24,000 nucleotides of DNA from Acidimicrobiales bacterium (lineage in GTDB: Bacteria; Actinomycetota; Acidimicrobiia; Acidimicrobiales; Ilumatobacteraceae): contig JBBQTN010000044.1 in the NCBI GenBank assembly GCA_038213195.1, positions 4,767-28,766 of the forward strand. Reading direction: 5' to 3'. Shown piece after piece: positions 22,251-24,000 of this stretch. The notes under the pieces are model-generated. The model was given only the letters and a program-made list of their open reading frames with translations. It searched no databases and was not told where the DNA came from. A program made the position numbers and the translations under genes. Every line of letters starts with the position of its first letter. The first letter of the stretch is position 1.

Positions 22251-23681
22251 ATGGCCGACGTCACTCTCCCGCAGCTCGGTGAGACCGTCACAGAAGGCAC
22301 GATCACGAAGTGGTTCAAGGCCGTCGGCGATGCGGTCGCGGCCGACGAACCGCTGTTCGAGGTGAGCACCGACAAGGTCGACACCGAGGTGCCATCGCCG
22401 ATCGCGGGCACCTTGAGCGAGATCCGCGCCCAGGAAGGCGACACCGTGCCGGTCGGCGCGGTGATCGCCGTCGTCGGCGACAGTGCGGCACCCGGGGCGA
22501 CCGCCGCTGCGCCCGCGGCCCAGCCGTCCCAGGCCCAGGCAAGCCCCGCCGCCCCGCCGGCCACGGAACCCGTCGTCGAGTCGCTCGAACCGGAACCGGC
22601 GGCCGAGGTCGCCGCGCCGGCACCCGCCGCCGCGTCGACCCCGGGGGCCGCCACGGCGCAACCACCGCCCCGACCGGCCGGGACCAACGGCGCGCCGTCC
22701 GACGCGCGGCTGCTCTCGCCGGTCGTGCGCCGCCTGGTCGCCGAGCACGGCCTCGACCCCGACGACATCACGGGCACCGGCCCGGGCGGACGAATCACCC
22801 GCGACGACGTGCTCGACCACATCGACAAGCTCGGCGCCGCCCCCGCGCCGGCGGCTGCGCAGACCGCACCGGCGGCGAACGGACCGGCTCCTGCGGCGCG
22901 TCCCGCCGCGCCCGCTCCGGCGGCGCGCGCCGCCGCGCCCGTCGTCGCTCCCGTCGTCGCTCCCGGCGAGCGTGATTCGACGGTCAAGCTGTCCAAGATC
23001 CGCAAGCTCACCGGCGCGCACATGCTGATGAGCCAGAGCGTGTCGCCGCACTCGTTCAGCGTGGTCGAGGTCGACTACGCCAACGTCGACGTGACCCGCT
23101 CCGCCCACAAGGCGGAGTGGAAGCGGACGGAGGGGTTCAGCGTGACCTACCTGCCGTTCATCACCCGGGCGGTGGTCGAAGCGCTCGAAGCGTTCCCGCT
23201 GATGAACGCGAGCATCGCCGGCGAGGAGATCGTCGTGCACAACTACATCGACATGGGCATCGCCGTCGACCTCGACTACGAGGGGTTGATCGTGCCGGTC
23301 ATCCGCGGCGCCGACGGCAAGCGGCTGCGCGCCATCGCTCGCGAGATCAGCGATCTCGCGCTCCGCGCCCACAGCAAGAAGCTCGGCCCGGACGAGATCA
23401 GCGGCGGCACGTTCACGATCACGAACAACGGCTCGGCCGGCAGCGTGCTGACGATGCCGATCATCAACCAACCGCAGGCGGCGATCCTCTCGACGGACGC
23501 GATCGCGCGCAAGCCGGTCGTCGTCACACTCCCGAACGGCAGTGAGGCGATCGCGATCCACCCGGTCGGCAACCTGGCGATGGCCTGGGACCACCGTGCG
23601 TTCGACGGCGCCTACGCCGCCGGCTTCCTGGTGAAGGTGAAGCAGCTGCTCGAAACCCGCGACTGGTCGCAGGAGCTGTGA
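22251..23681 (+). CDS. Dihydrolipoamide acyltransferase (E2) with a single lipoyl domain
   Basis: ADVTLPQLGETVTEGTITKWFKAVGDAVAADEPLFEVSTDKVDTEVPSP (lipoyl Lys in DKVD), E3-binding domain 'LLSPVVRRLVAEHGLDPDDITGTGPGGRITRDDV', catalytic 'WDHRAFDGAYAAGFL'. AAGGAG SD at 22235-22240. Confidence 0.95.
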   Translation: MADVTLPQLGETVTEGTITKWFKAVGDAVAADEPLFEVSTDKVDTEVPSPIAGTLSEIRAQEGDTVPVGAVIAVVGDSAAPGATAAAPAAQPSQAQASPAAPPATEPVVESLEPEPAAEVAAPAPAAASTPGAATAQPPPRPAGTNGAPSDARLLSPVVRRLVAEHGLDPDDITGTGPGGRITRDDVLDHIDKLGAAPAPAAAQTAPAANGPAPAARPAAPAPAARAAAPVVAPVVAPGERDSTVKLSKIRKLTGAHMLMSQSVSPHSFSVVEVDYANVDVTRSAHKAEWKRTEGFSVTYLPFITRAVVEALEAFPLMNASIAGEEIVVHNYIDMGIAVDLDYEGLIVPVIRGADGKRLRAIAREISDLALRAHSKKLGPDEISGGTFTITNNGSAGSVLTMPIINQPQAAILSTDAIARKPVVVTLPNGSEAIAIHPVGNLAMAWDHRAFDGAYAAGFLVKVKQLLETRDWSQEL

Positions 23682-23691
23682 GCACCCGGCC

Positions 23692-24000
23692 ATGAGCCCC
23701 ACCGCCCTGCACGTGCGTTGGCTCGGCAGGGTGCCTTATCGCGAGGCTCTGGCCGTGCAGCAGGCCATGTTCCGCCACGGCGCGCAACAGCACCTGCTGC
23801 TGCTCGAGCATCCGCACGTGTTCACCTACGGCCCGCGCACCGACCTGGCCGCCAACGTGAAGGTGGCGCCCGAGTCGGTCGACGCCGAGCTGGTGGCCGT
23901 GAAGCGTGGCGGCGACGTCACCTACCACGGCCCTGGCCAGCTGGTCGGGTACCCCATCGTCAACGTGCCGAACTCGCTGGGTGCGGGCGACCATGTGGCC
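23692..24000 (+). CDS. lipB: Octanoyltransferase LipB (partial, continues beyond window)
   Basis: MSPTALHVRWLGRVPYREALAVQQAMFRHGAQQHLLLLEHPHVFTYGPRTDLAANVKVAPESVDAELVAVKRGGDVTYHGPGQLVGYPIVNV. 'RGGDVTYHGPGQLVGYPI' is diagnostic. Confidence 0.95.
   Translation, partial: MSPTALHVRWLGRVPYREALAVQQAMFRHGAQQHLLLLEHPHVFTYGPRTDLAANVKVAPESVDAELVAVKRGGDVTYHGPGQLVGYPIVNVPNSLGAGDHVA

Noticed and set aside
22200-23702. 500-aa minus-strand ORF antisense to the E2 gene
   Set aside because: Shadow ORF with no recognisable motifs; the sense frame is a full E2.
1-24000. CRISPR, transposon, prophage, toxin-antitoxin or BGC signatures
   Set aside because: No regularly spaced repeats, transposase/integrase motifs, small toxin-antitoxin pairs, or biosynthetic core enzymes were seen. 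Gene content is mostly core chromosomal.

Overview
High-GC chromosomal window from an actinobacterium, probably Acidimicrobiia/Ilumatobacter-like (inferred from composition and gene content, not searched). I see no tRNA, rRNA, CRISPR array, transposase, prophage or defence module. Gene content, left to right: PAS/HisKA_3 sensor kinase (partial, -), NarL/DevR-type response regulator (-), aceE (-), secreted SGNH hydrolase with C-terminal 'LLDTR' modules (-), OafA-like acyltransferase fused to an SGNH domain (+), rnhA (+), SDR dehydrogenase (+), DUF427 protein (+), argJ (-), MarR regulator (-), YceI protein (+), TIGR01777 epimerase (-), uncharacterised membrane-anchored protein with an apparent internal duplication (+), KimA/APC-like permease with USP-like tail (-), two TrkA/RCK proteins (+,+), OB-fold protein (-), small secreted/membrane protein (+), lpdA (+), E2 acyltransferase (+), lipB (+, partial). 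The most noteworthy items are: (1) a divergent pair of SGNH/acyltransferase surface-modification genes whose shared intergenic region holds a 14-bp-arm inverted repeat and a cluster of GCARCCG motifs; (2) two 43-bp, 40/43-identical palindromic units between convergent genes; (3) a nested dyad at the divergent marR/yceI promoters; (4) a KimA-like K+ importer next to paired TrkA proteins; (5) a membrane-anchored protein with a duplicated ~200-aa module. I found no convincing evidence of a wholly new biological system; the first item is the best candidate.
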